Positions 1 through 12,226 of a DNA stretch of 64,000 nucleotides are shown here, one piece after another (position 1 is the stretch's first letter; every line of letters begins with the position of its first letter). The notes below the pieces were generated by a model, which was not told the DNA's origin, did not search any database, and saw nothing but the letters and a program-made list of their open reading frames with translations. A program made the position numbers and the translations under genes. The stretch comes from Utricularia gibba (lineage: Eukaryota > Plantae > Magnoliophyta). The DNA lies in the NCBI GenBank assembly GCA_002189035.1, contig NEEC01000010.1:1178001-1242000 (forward strand), written 5' to 3'.

Positions 1-90
1 AGTAGATCTCTTCGATTTATTATTCCTCCACGCACCGCCGTCACTCTCTCTACGCCTCTTCTCGGAGCAGGAGCCCGGCGGCTCAGCCAT
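1..90 (-). CDS. 5' end of an unidentified minus-strand gene running off the window (MAEPPGSCSEKRRRESDGGAWRNNKSKRST...)
   Basis: ATG at 90-88 with an open, GC-rich, basic (NLS-like) frame to the window edge, followed upstream by an AT-rich promoter-like region. Too short to identify. Confidence 0.45.
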   Translation of the reverse strand, partial: MAEPPGSCSEKRRRESDGGAWRNNKSKRST

Positions 91-727
91 GGCTTCAACA
101 AAGACGGCGTCGATGAGTAGAATCAAAGAACCGAATGGAGGGAGTTCGTTATGCATGGGAATGTATTACGTGTTTCCTCATATATAGAATGTGGTGTCGT
201 CTTCCTAGCTGCTTTTTCAGTTAAAAAAAAAAAAAAAAACTCTTATGTCATGTTTTCTTATATTTAAATAATAAAAAAATAATTGGGAGCCTTGTTTAAA
301 CATTCTGGAAGAACAGGACGTAGATAATCTGACCAATTCCTAAAATGTGTGCATGCACATGTTAAAAAGGAAATCATCGATGTTGGTATTTTTTTACACT
401 TAGTTTGATAATTGAGTATTAATATATTTAAATATAGTATAATTGTATATAATCTTTAATATTTAAGAATATAAATCAAATTATATGAGTGATATAAATA
501 TAATTAATCCATCTTCTATTTGTGTATATCACACACATACTCAAAATGAGTATGTAAGTAATATAGTTATACAAAACTAACATATATATATACTAGTTAA
601 TTAAATAACGATTTATGTATAAATTTTTTATATTATACTATCAAACAATCTCTTAGAACTATGATAATCTATATATTATACTTGCAGATGATAAATAGAT
701 CATACTTTGAAATCAGATTATACTTTT

Positions 728-960
728 GTGTTGTGTGTTTGGCCCCCAATTCGGTTTGTAGAGTAGGGAATGAGATGGAAGGGAGGAGGAACGAAGGGCA
801 AGAGCGTCACCCAATAAGAGATTAGGGGTAATTAAGCACAATAATTACCCGCTAATCCCCCTCAATAATGCTAGAGTTTATTTCAACGCCCCTCCTTCCA
901 ACTAACTACAGCCTAATACTACTCTATTAGCCAATTAATCTCCACTTAAACACACACACC
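728..960. mobile_element. Degenerate foldback, Tourist/PIF-like MITE candidate
   Basis: Nested imperfect inverted repeats: gtgttgtgtgtttgg/taaacacacacac, gtagagtag/tactactctat, ggaagggagg/cccctccttcc and gattaggggtaatta/taattacccgctaatc. No TSD identified. Confidence 0.45.
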
Positions 961-1876
961 CCACATCTCCATTCTCTTTCAAGAAACAATCTTCACTTCC
1001 AGTTAAACCATCATATCTCGTGTGTATGATTGCGTGTTGACGTGGACTTCTTCACCCAACTCTAGGTTATGCTCATGGCATAACATAGAATCAATTATGT
1101 GTGTGCGTATGTGTGTGTATTTAATAAAATTCAAGTTATATTAAATTTAAATGATTCTAATTTTCAAATATTTTTTTAAAATGAATATATAGGGTATATT
1201 ATGTGTTAAGAATTTTAGGACATGATTTTATTTAATTTTTGATGATTTTAATTTTTAACTCTTATATATTAAAAGCAAGCATAAATTCAGATAATGTGAT
1301 TAACTTTATAAATTATTAAATTTCTTTAATATCTGTTTTACTAATTAAATAAAATATTAATTAGAAAATTATATTATTAATTTTTTATTTATTCTAAAAA
1401 TACATCTATATCATAACATTAAATTATATAATAATCTAATATATTAAATTTTAAATTTTAAAATATAATTTTCCACTATTTTATAAAATAGTTTTACAAT
1501 CTCAAAACTGATTTTATTTATATAATTTTAAAATTGATTTTATTCTATATAATTTGAAGTATACCTCTGAATTACAGAACCAGCTCATAATTATTTTATA
1601 ATTGATCTCTAAATGATGAAGATTGAAGAATCAGAAACAAAATATAATACAAAAAATATATGTATATATATTTATTTTGTTGACGTTTTAATTCCAGAAA
1701 TTCATCTTGTTGGATTTTTCGCATTAATGAGCTGATCTCTGCCGGTCCAGAAACCAGGCCCACAATCGGGGAGGGTTAATTGGGCTGCAGCCCAGCAGCA
1801 TTCAGACTCGTAGCCTAATCTAGTCCATTTATTGCACTTGGTCAACTTTTCATAGTTCATAAAATATTAGGCATAG

Positions 1877-1881
<5 letters not shown>

Positions 1882-1918
<37 letters not shown>
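1882..1918 (+). repeat. (CT)n microsatellite in the UXS 5' region
   Basis: Uninterrupted CT run of about 18 units, typical of plant TSS/5'UTR. Confidence 0.95.
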
Positions 1919-1921
<3 letters not shown>

Positions 1922-2665
1922 CTCTGGAGATCTTGATTTTTAAGAAAATAATATCGAAATTAATTTTCAGGATCGAATTTTCTATTCAAATATGTCAGGA
2001 GGAAGGATTTTTATTTCCTGGAATAAATGTATTTTCAATTATTATTTATTCGAATATTTGTGTATTTTTAATAAAAAAAATACGTGGCAACCTCCAGGCT
2101 AGGACAGTGTGCCTACAATCATCCCTATCTCTTTTCTTTCTTTTTTTTTTTCATGTTTTCTTTAGCATTTGGGAAGCATTCGCGAATGCCTTGACTTCCT
2201 CCTTTTAATATCTCATAAACACTCGTCTCTTAAGAAAGTTAGATCATTTTCTTGGCATTTATGATATTTTAGCCCGATTCTGGAGCTAAGGCATAACCCT
2301 TAAGCGATTGGGTTCTTCATTCTGCAGGCACTCTCTTGGTTTCTTTCAGATTTCTTTTCTTTTTTGCTCACATTTTGTATGGTGCTGCGATTTTCCTTTC
2401 TGGGCGATCGAAAAAAGAGATCTTTTTTTTCTTTTGTATGCGTTAATTTTTTATGCGCTGACAATGGAGTGTACATTGTCAGTGTTATGATATGTTTCCC
2501 TTCGAAGGGATATTTGTTTGTGATAAAGATGGTATTTTCGAATAGAAGCACGTGTGATGATACAATGTTGTGGGGGATCAGTATATTTGTCTTGCAAGGA
2601 TGAGTGTGCTTGTAGGTTTTTATGTTGTTATGTTGAATTTCAGAGCTGAATTGACTGATCTTGCA

Positions 2666-4930
2666 ATGGCCGAGGAAGTAACAAACGGAGGGAACCATGT
2701 AACCACAAAGGCGCCTCCAGAGCCTTCACCATTGAGGAGGGCAAAATTTTTTAAGGTATGAAGGCTGCCTAAGCTTAAGGCTTTTTCTGTGATCCGGGTG
2801 GGGTTCGGTTAAATCATAACTGTATATTGAGTTTGGTATGGTATCTGATGAACTCCTGTCAGGCAAACATGAGAATTCTTGTCACTGGAGGAGCAGGGTT
2901 CATTGGCTCTCACTTGGTTGACAAGCTGATGGAAAACGAGAAAAACGAAGTAAACATTGTCAAATCAACAGCCTTTCTAAGGTGGCATCCGAGTTTTTGG
3001 GTAATTTTTTCTAACCATGATACGCTGCATCGTGTTCTGCATAGGTGGTAGTTGTCGACAACTTTTTCACTGGTTCTAAGGACAACTTACTACAATGGAT
3101 CGGTCATCCAAGATTTGAACTTATTCGGCACGGTATGTGCGAATTTTAATTGTGCATCAAGTAACTTATCTTCCACTGAGATGATACTGAACTGAGACAG
3201 AGTCTCTATTTGCATTTCACCCTCTGAATACCTGTACAAAATGTTTGTTGTCAATCTTAAGTGCTATTGTCTTAGTATTGATGTTCTTTTTTCAGTTCGT
3301 ATGAAAATGTATTGTGAAGAAAAAACTTTCTTATAACTTTCCACCTGTTTCGTGAACCGATCCATTCATCATATGAATTTGACTATTCGGTGATTTCTCA
3401 GATGTGACAGAAGCTTTGCTGGTTGAAGTTGATCAGATATACCATCTGGCTTGTCCTGCTTCTCCAATTTTCTACAAGTACAATCCTGTGAAGGCAAGTC
3501 TCTTGGAATCTCGTTGACTAACTGTATCAAATGTTTTGGACTATCAACCTCTAGGAAAAAAAGATGTTACCATCGTTTTTTCATCAATGGAGACACAATT
3601 GCTGATCTGTTTTGAATACTGCAGACAATAAAGACGAATGTTATTGGGACGATGAACATGTTGGGGCTGGCGAAGCGTGTAGGAGCTAGGTGCCACTCCC
3701 TAAAAGCTGATCCTTCTCATTTTCCTTCATATTGTTTGTTTTCTCTTTGGAAATTCATTAGCTGGATTTTTAACAGGATCTTGTTGACCTCAACATCGGA
3801 AGTTTATGGTGATCCACTTGTGCATCCGCAGACTGAAGATTATTGGGGCAATGTGAACCCCATAGGTAATGTTGATTTTCAAATAAGAGAATGAAGCTGA
3901 TGTTGTCTTGTGGATGGTCCTTCACTTAGTCTAATTGGTTATATTTCCTGAATGCAACTTGAAGCTTTTATTTGGTTCATCTTTAGGTGTTAGGAGTTGC
4001 TATGATGAAGGGAAAAGGGTAGCCGAAACTCTGATGTTTGATTACCACAGACAGCATGGCATTGGTATGGTCTTTTCTTTTATGCCTTAGACTTTGATGT
4101 AGTCTCTGGGTTGACAGATTCCTAACCATTCTGAATGTGTAATTTCAACAGAAATACGGATTGCAAGAATCTTCAACACTTACGGGCCACGGATGAACAT
4201 AGATGATGGTCGAGTTGTCAGCAATTTCATAGCTCAAGCAATACGGTAGTGTAGAATACATGGCAAGCTTTGGCAGCCTTGTTACAATGACAAATCCTCC
4301 TGACTCATACCTGAAAACCATGCAGTGATGAACCTTTGACAGTTCAGTTGCCTGGAACTCAAACGAGGAGCTTCTGCTATGTTTCTGATATGGTGCGCTT
4401 CACTGTTGTCACTTTGGCATGGAAATTAAAACTGCTTACGATGTTTTTCTATTGCTTTTTAAGGTTGATGGTCTTATTCGACTGATGGAAGGAGAAAACA
4501 TTGGCCCCATCAACATTGGAAACCCAGGTTTGTACCCAAAATACTTCAATCAGCATCAGAAACTCATCAGCCTGCGTAGATGAACATCTTGGGATCCTGT
4601 TTTTCAGGCGAATTTACAATGACCGAACTGGCTGAGACTGTAAGGGAGGTAAGTAACAAGAATCCCCAACGTTTTCTGCATACAATGTTCTCATCTTCAC
4701 AGCTTTTTGTTAACATAAGCAATCTCAACTTCATCCCTGTCCAGTTGATTAATCCAGCAGTGAAGGTAATTAGTGTGGAGAACACTCCTGATGATCCCCG
4801 CCAAAGGAAACCAGACATAACAAAGGCTAAGGAGCTGTTGGGTTGGGAACCCAAGATCAAGCTACACGAGGGCATTCCTCTAATGGAGGACGATTTTCGC
4901 AAGAGGCTCGGGATTCCACGGAAGCATTGA
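2666..4930 (+). CDS. UXS: Cytosolic UDP-glucuronate decarboxylase (UDP-xylose synthase, UXS3/5/6-type), 12 coding exons
   Basis: [11 protein letters not shown]...[20 protein letters not shown] (GxxGxxG), [19 protein letters not shown] (YxxxK), ...RLGIPRKH*. All exons join in frame. No N-terminal TM anchor. One GC-AG intron (3494-3624). Confidence 0.96.
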
Positions 4931-5201
4931 AACCTTACTACACTTACATCTTCAACATAACTCTCAGAACATAGCCACTATTTTTCTTTGCTGTACTAAG
5001 TGAACTGCCGCTTTGAGTTTGGTTTGGTATGATGCATAGAAATGCTGCCTTCACATTTCATCATAGCCGTTTGGATGAGTTCTGTTCTATGGATTTGTCA
5101 AGGAGAAAATGCTTAAAACCAATGAAGGATACTGTTGCTTCTGTTTATTCGACCCACTTTATTTGTATATGCGTAGAATACTGTGAACGTTTCAAGGGTC
5201 G

Positions 5202-6781
5202 ATGGCGCTAAAGCTATCACCATTGTCGTTATCGTCTTCTCCGAGTACCTGCAATAACCCACATCGCTGCTTCACCTTCGCCACTAGTTCCATCCGTCTA
5301 CCTGTTTCTCCCAAACCTATATTGAGTTGCAGGAATCTATTGAAATCCTCGAGAATACTCGAAAGATCTCGGCTTTACGCCCTAAATCCAAATGGGTCCA
5401 ACAGGGAGACTGACAGGCCCACGGCATTGAACGAAGAAAGTAACGGCGGCGGTGATGGTGGAGGAGGAGGAGGAGGAGGCGGCGATGGTGATGATGGGAC
5501 AACGGAAAAGGGAACTGGGCTTCTTCCTGACTGGCTGAATTTCAATGCGGATGATGCGAAAACAGTTATTGCAGCGGTCGCCGTGTCGCTTGCCTTCAGG
5601 ACCTTCGTGGCTGAGCCTCGATATATCCCTTCCTTGTCCATGTACCCAACTTTCGATGTTGGAGATAGAATCGTTGCCGAAAAGGTTAGTCATCTCTGGA
5701 TCTAAAATTACTCAAAGACTTCATTTTTATGAGCAAACTCAATTCTATGTAAATTACCTTGTAATGCTATGCTATCAGTTGCATTGCTGCTACCTTTTGA
5801 AGGAGCTGGAAATCTTGCAGTGGGAGTTATAACCTGTTATTTGTTGAGTGATGCCTTTCGAACAGTCTATACTTCAGCGTTTAAATAGGATATTTTGCAT
5901 GATCTCTAAGAAGAACATAGACAAGGGTAAAGTATGAGTATTTCGACATCTGGCTTAGAAGAAATCTGGTTATGCTTCTCACTTCAAAGTTACTTCAGGG
6001 CCTTTGTTTTTTAGTCTCCTGCGATAGATAAACCCAAATGCAAGCCTTCTGTGTTTTGGGATTTCATGAAGCTCTTTGTGTGATTTTCATGATGTGTTTT
6101 CCTTCTCAGGTTTCGTACTATTTCAGAAAGCCATGTGCCAACGATATCGTAATTTTCAAAAGCCCACCTGTGCTTCAAGAAGTTGGGTACTCGGATGATG
6201 ATGTTTTCATCAAGCGCATCGTCGCAAAAGAAGGAGATGTTGTAGAGGTTAGATCCAGACTGAACTTACAAAAAATGTTTGTGATGATGTATCCCTTCAA
6301 TCTAATACAGGTCCACGAGGGAAAGCTGATAGTGAATGGGGTTGCCAGGAATGAAGACTTTGTCTATGAACCACCCAAATACAACATGTCGCAAATTGTA
6401 TGTTCCTCTTTGCTTAGTTGACTTGACATACAACACCGTAGTACTATGACAAAACATGAGCAGACTATCTAGAGATCACATCTATCTGTCCTTGAATTGC
6501 AGGTTGTTCCAAAAGACTATGTTTTCGTTATGGGTGATAATCGTAACAACAGCTATGACTCCCACATTTGGTAACCTTTTCAGTACTGAAGCTTTGTTGA
6601 AGCCCTTTGTTAGCTCTTCATCAGCCAAACCTTAAGTTTTCCCTTGCACAGGGGCCCCCTTCCATTGAAAAACATACTAGGGAGATCGGTGCTTCGGTAT
6701 TGGCCTCCTACTCGAGCCGGATCCACGGTTTTCCCTGAGGGGTGTGCACCGGATGTTAAGGAAAGCATTGCTGCTCCATGA
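5202..6781 (+). CDS. PLSP1: Plastidic type I signal peptidase (thylakoidal processing peptidase), 5 exons
   Basis: Ser-rich transit peptide, poly-Gly linker, TM segment, [14 protein letters not shown] (catalytic Ser), [11 protein letters not shown] (catalytic Lys), [19 protein letters not shown]. Cys in RKPCAND and EGCAPD match the Plsp1 Cys pair. Confidence 0.93.
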
Positions 6782-6954
6782 TCAATTGGCTGCAGAGATT
6801 CTTTCTACTGAGGATGTCTTCAGGGAGAAACATAAAGGGAGGTCCAGTCCTCCTTTTACACCAGGCATGGAGATGTGGAGGAGACCCCAATTCACCATCA
6901 ACTAATGCACGAGGAGGATTTTTTATTCTGTACGTTGTATCAAACTACACTGAT

Positions 6955-6978
6955 TAAAAAAAAAAAAAAAAAAAAAAA
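6955..6978 (+). repeat. Poly-A tract
   Basis: Run of more than 20 A downstream of PLSP1. Confidence 0.9.
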
Positions 6979-7449
6979 GAACCAGGTAGCATGTCTTTGC
7001 TTGGTTGCAGGAGCTAAAGTAATGGTTTTATGGTTTTGCTTTGAGGAATGGCCATTGTTACTTGGGTAGTGCTTATGTTGAAAATGCTGCCTAAAAGAAT
7101 ACTTGAAAATCGATGTGTTATTTGGTCAGTGAACCAATTGCAGAATTGTCAGAAGACACTGCATGACTGGAGTTTTTTTGGTTCCCCAGAATTTGACAAA
7201 TCTCTCTTTGGGGTAAGAATTTGAACGCTTTCCCGGGCTTGTCGCTTTTGGTTGGTTCTTGTTCCTCCAAATTTGTGCAATGTCTTCCATTGAAGCTCTG
7301 CGAAGAAAAATTCTGCACCAAGATTTTTCCTGGCCCGAATCATTCTCTTCAAGGGCGTTTGATGATCGCCGTTGTTCTGAGCAAATTGGGATTGCCATGG
7401 AGCCAATGCGTCTATGGGTTAAATCTCGCCGTTGCATTTGTTCTCAAGG

Positions 7450-9763
7450 ATGGTTAAAGCAGAGAGAAACATGCAGAATTCAAGGGTCTACCACGTCTGC
7501 AAGATATTCGATGTAAGTCCTGTAGGAAGAACGAAAAGCTAGGTTCATTATATGGGAAACCGGAGCGAAGCCATTGATGAAATTATGAGGAATGAAGCAT
7601 CTGCATTATCGGCCGCTCAGCAGACTGATGCTTCTTTGGAGAATGTTTCCCCAAAGGCGGGAACAGGGGCAGCTAAAAAAGATAGGGCAGTGACAGGTAT
7701 GCCCTGCATTTTGTTTCTGTTGATGAATTGCTTCTTCTATCTGGACGCTGAAAAAAGGCATCTTTTTATCTACCGTTTCTCCGTCGCGTTTATTTGTATA
7801 TTTTTGGTTCAGATATGGACTTGATGAAAGAGAGATTTGCAAAGCTGCTGCTTGGAGAAGATATGTCAGGTGGCGGAAAGGGTGTTTCATCTGCTGTTGC
7901 CCTGTCAAATGCCATTACAAATCTTGCCGGTAAGCGTCACCTCTTTCTCTTACACACGTGCCGAATTTCAACTTTTTCTTGCTGAAGGTGTTATATATTG
8001 CCTTTTGTAATTTTCCATTTCCATCTCAGTTGGTTGAAACATTACATGATCAACCACTAGGTGTTAATCATGTAGCAGTATATAGTGATTGAGCAAGTAG
8101 CATTCATTATGCCATCTTGCCGGTGATTGATATACTTTTTGGCATGCATATGGTGAATCAATCTGTGGTACACATTGCAGCTTCTGTTTTTGGAGAACAG
8201 GAGAAGTTGGAGCCCATGGCGCCTGAGAGAAAGACAAGATGGAAAAAAGAGATTGACTGGCTATTATCAGTTACAGATTATATTGTTGAATTTGTTCCTT
8301 CTCAACAGAAAGCAAAAGATGGATCAAACATGGAGGTAGACAACACTTGGTTATTTTAAAGTGTTGGTTTTCAGTAACAGTGAATCATTTTTCCTTACAG
8401 ATAATGGTGACACAACAGCGCAGAGACCTGCTCATGAATATTCCTGCATTGCACAAGCTTGACGTGATGCTTCTTGTATGAATCTGCTTACTTCTAATAG
8501 TTTATAGAATATTCTCCTCATGGGTAGGTTCCTCAACTAGAGCATTGCAATTGGCAGGGTACCCTGGATAACTTTGGTAGTGAGCAAGAATTCAAATACG
8601 TATCCAAGCATGCTGATGATTCTGAGAAGGGGTCCAGAGGAATGATAAGTGGTGGCTACCAACTGTGAAGGTTCCCCCAAATGGGCTTTCTGAAGAGTCA
8701 AGGCAGTTTTTGCAGAAGCAGAAGGAAGCTGTGAATCAAGTACTGAAAGCTTCCATGGCAATAAATGCTCAGATACTTTCAGACATGGAAATTCCTGATG
8801 GTTATATTGAATCACTTCCCAAGGTACCATGACAGAGACACTCTCTTGTACTTGAGGAAAGACCATTTTCTGGTAGAATTTGTATGCCTTTGGCGTGAAA
8901 CACACTTATGATTTGAATATGTTGATTATGTATTCTTGCAGAATGGCAGATCAAGTTTGGGAGAGTCAGTATACAGAAGCATCACAGTTGAGTTTTTCGA
9001 TCCGCTCCAGTTCCTTTCATATATGGATCTTTCGACGGAGCACAAAGTCCTTGATCTGAAGAACAGAATTGAGGCATCAATTGTGATATGGAAAAGGAAG
9101 ATGAACCAGAAGGATGGGAAATCCTCCTGGGGTTCCGCTGTAAGCTTAGAGAAAAGAGAGCTTTTCGAGGAAAGAGCAGAGACAATTTTACTCCTCCTGA
9201 AGCAACAGTTTCCTGGAATTCCTCAATCCTCACTCGAGATCAGCAAAATCCAGTTCAACAGAGTATGAATCACAGATTCACCTTAGCATCCAAATGCATA
9301 TTCTTGAACTAATGTAACCTAATTCTTGTTCCTCCCTCTCTAGGATGTGGGCCTGGCTGTGCTAGAGAGCTACTCTAGAGTGCTAGAGACATTGGCCAAC
9401 ACTGTAATGTCACGTATTCAGGATGTTCTGTATGCCGACTCTCTGGCTCAAGATCCATCACTTGCATTATCCATGCGGTCTCCAACACTTGGTAGCTTTC
9501 CAAGCCCCGGGGAAGAGCCGGAGAGGCTAAGTTCCACTGCAAACACCCCAACCTCCATGACCCTGTCTGACTTCATGGGATGGAACTTGGAGCCTGCGGA
9601 GGCAGAGATCAAGAAGAACCATTCAGTCACTAATTTGGAGACTGAAGGTAAGGCCGAGGATGAGAAATTCTTCTCAAAACTTACTAATATAAACATCAGG
9701 AAGTTCTCTTACATGGACAAGATTGATTTGGGAGGGGTGAGAAGCCCAACAGCTCGTCATTAA
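7450..9763 (+). CDS. ROPGEF: PRONE-domain Rop guanine nucleotide exchange factor (RopGEF8/9-like); as assembled it carries an in-frame TAG (7540-7542) and a -1 frameshift (8629-8632)
   Basis: [90 protein letters not shown] and C-terminal GVRSPTARH*. The alternative start is the ATG at 7552. Confidence 0.92.
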
Positions 9764-10125
9764 AGCTAACAGGAGACATAGACTTGACTTGTTGTGAAGA
9801 ATAAGGTTGCGTGCAGTATAGCTCCAGTTTTTTTCCCCCATGTTTATACAAAATCTGCTCATGCCATGAGCTGTATACACCAGTTACAGATAGTCAACGT
9901 TGAGTAAATAATGTAGTGTCTTTCTGCATCTCCCATTGAGAAGTTTACCCATCTTCACTTGAGGGATGAAACAGAATTTTGGAATTCCAAATGGACTTGT
10001 GTTCATCAATACTCACTATCATTTATGCAATGTTAAGTAGTTCTCTTCAAGTTATCTTCAATGAAAATTATTCATATAAAAAGAACAATAAGCGATTACA
10101 TATCATGCAAAATATTAAGGGGATT

Positions 10126-11242
10126 TCAAAGTGAGAGTCTGAGCTCCAAGTCTATCTCAGTGGAACTGGTTGATTCTGATCTACGATGATCATTTGATCC
10201 CATAAAATCTCTCACAACCCTGTTCTCGCACTCCTGTAAAAACACAGAGAATCACTCCAAAGCAGCGGAGTTAGCTGGAGTTGTAAGCAAAATTTTCGTC
10301 CCAAATTCATGGCATTCTTTTATCCATCTTGCAGCCATTCAAATTTTTCTGAGCGAGTCACTTCATTCCTCTGGTATGAACACGCTCAACCGAAAGCATC
10401 GCTTGATGTGTAATCTATACAAAATTTTTCAAAAATGGTTGTATGAATAAGGGATAGTTCGTTCACCTCCACATCGGTCTCAAAGAACGGCGTAGCAGTA
10501 GCAGGATGTGGCCCAAAGAAATGCTGTTCTAGAGGAGCACCTGTATGGTGCCATCTGTTTCGAGTAGAATTGTGTGAGTGTGAAAATGTTCCATGAAATT
10601 ATGCCTCAGAACTTAGAAGGTCAGAATGAAGACCTTGGAGCACTGTTGATCGTAGGGTCTCCATACACGATATTTGCGGCATTCAAATCGGGAAGACCAA
10701 CCTGCAAAAAGTGCCCGATTATCTAGTTGCATGTAACTCCTACTGAAGAACAGATCGTTAAACGATTAAGGGTTCCAGGTTTACCAGAATCCCGCGATAG
10801 GCTTGAAATCCATGGACAAGCGATGATGGATATGGAGCATGCGGTTTTGTATCTTCCTGCACATTCGAAAGAAGACCAGTTACTCAGATTCAAGACAGGT
10901 TCATAAGGGATGACCGGCATTATCGCCCACTTCTATGAATCTGTGCGGCAATTGCATGCCCACTGCGCAACACCCATTTCAACAAAAACACAGAATTCGA
11001 GAGAAAAAAGAAGTTACATGATGACAGAAGTTAGGACCATGAAAAGGGTTGCTTCCCATTTGAGCGCTCATTCTGATCTTCTCAAGCTGCGCAACACCGA
11101 GTCCTCTCTGCGGCTGCTTCGGCTTATCAGTACCCGATCTCTTGCTCCTCCTCGCCGACGAAGACGACACCGGAAACCGGCTCGGATCACCCAAAATGTT
11201 GCCCCCCATGTCTGCTACACAAACCAGTGTGAGGCTACCCAT
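10126..11242 (-). CDS. SPOROCYTELESS/NOZZLE-family EAR repressor (SPEAR/TIE-like), 5 exons
   Basis: SPL motif KPKQPQRGLGVAQLEKIRM in exon 1 and C-terminal EAR motif EIDLELRLSL*. Exons join in frame. Confidence 0.9.
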
Positions 11243-12226
11243 TTTAAGCAGATCTTCATGAATGCAGATTCATTCCACCCTCCCGGCCTTCGTGCGGTGG
11301 GGAAAGATACTGTGCCAAGATCTCTAACGCCTTGGAAGCCTTTACAGCAGCAATATACCATATAAATGACTCGGATTGCCTATTCAGACAGATCCAGGCG
11401 TATTTAGGAGTACGGAATATCATTTTGATATGATCCACCAATCAATAGCAGTCGATGCATGTATCCAAAGCAGGTGCCCCCATTTCCTGCTTCAAAGGAT
11501 CAGCAAATATTTTATAGATTTGATACAATAAAATAATTAGATATCGTTTGATATTAAGATATTAATATGCTATAACGTAATAAGGTATGTATACATTCAA
11601 TTATATATAACGTTTGATATTCAAAAATAATAATCTTAGTATATGAATAGTATACATATAATTACACTTTTATCAATTTATGTATATCAACTAGATGTTC
11701 AAAAAATAAATATGTAAGTGGTATTAATATATAACATTAGTAAAATAACAATTTATATGTAAACTTGAATATAAATCTTATATAATTATTATCAAACACT
11801 TTTTTAGAATTACATGAGATTTGGCATCAAATGATGTGGAGATCAAACGGATATCACACTGTTATTAAAATTAAATTTTTTTAAAAAATAAAATATTATA
11901 TTTAAATAAAATCATTCGATTCTTTACAAATGGGTAGGTGATCACAAAGACAAAGATATTTTATAATACATGTTTTTTATATACAATTTAAACGTGTAAT
12001 AACAAACATAATTTGGGTTATTTAAGAAAAATGTATTAATATGTATGAATGTTTTTGCAACTTAATCTTTTGATTTAATTCTCAATATTAATATTTATTT
12101 CCATCAAAATTGTGTGTGAATTGGAGTTATTAATGATATTTTTTTAGATTTCTCAATTTATATATTTATTTTTATAATAAATGTTGGAAGTAGTAGCTAT
12201 TGGGATTTTTCTCAAAAATAGCGACC

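Noticed and set aside
1933-2698. Several 60-130 aa ORFs on both strands upstream of UXS
   Set aside because: Low-complexity F/L/I/K-rich translations of T-rich 5'UTR intron sequence, with no recognisable domains.
7126-7437. Antisense ORFs (103 aa and 85 aa) upstream of RopGEF
   Set aside because: No recognisable motif, promoter or splice pattern. Most likely chance frames.
11545-11800. GTTTGAT...ATCAAAC-type MITE candidates in AT-rich spacers (also about 26890-27410 and 49082-49311)
   Set aside because: Only 7-10 bp inverted matches in extremely AT-rich DNA and no TSD, so not distinguishable from chance by eye.
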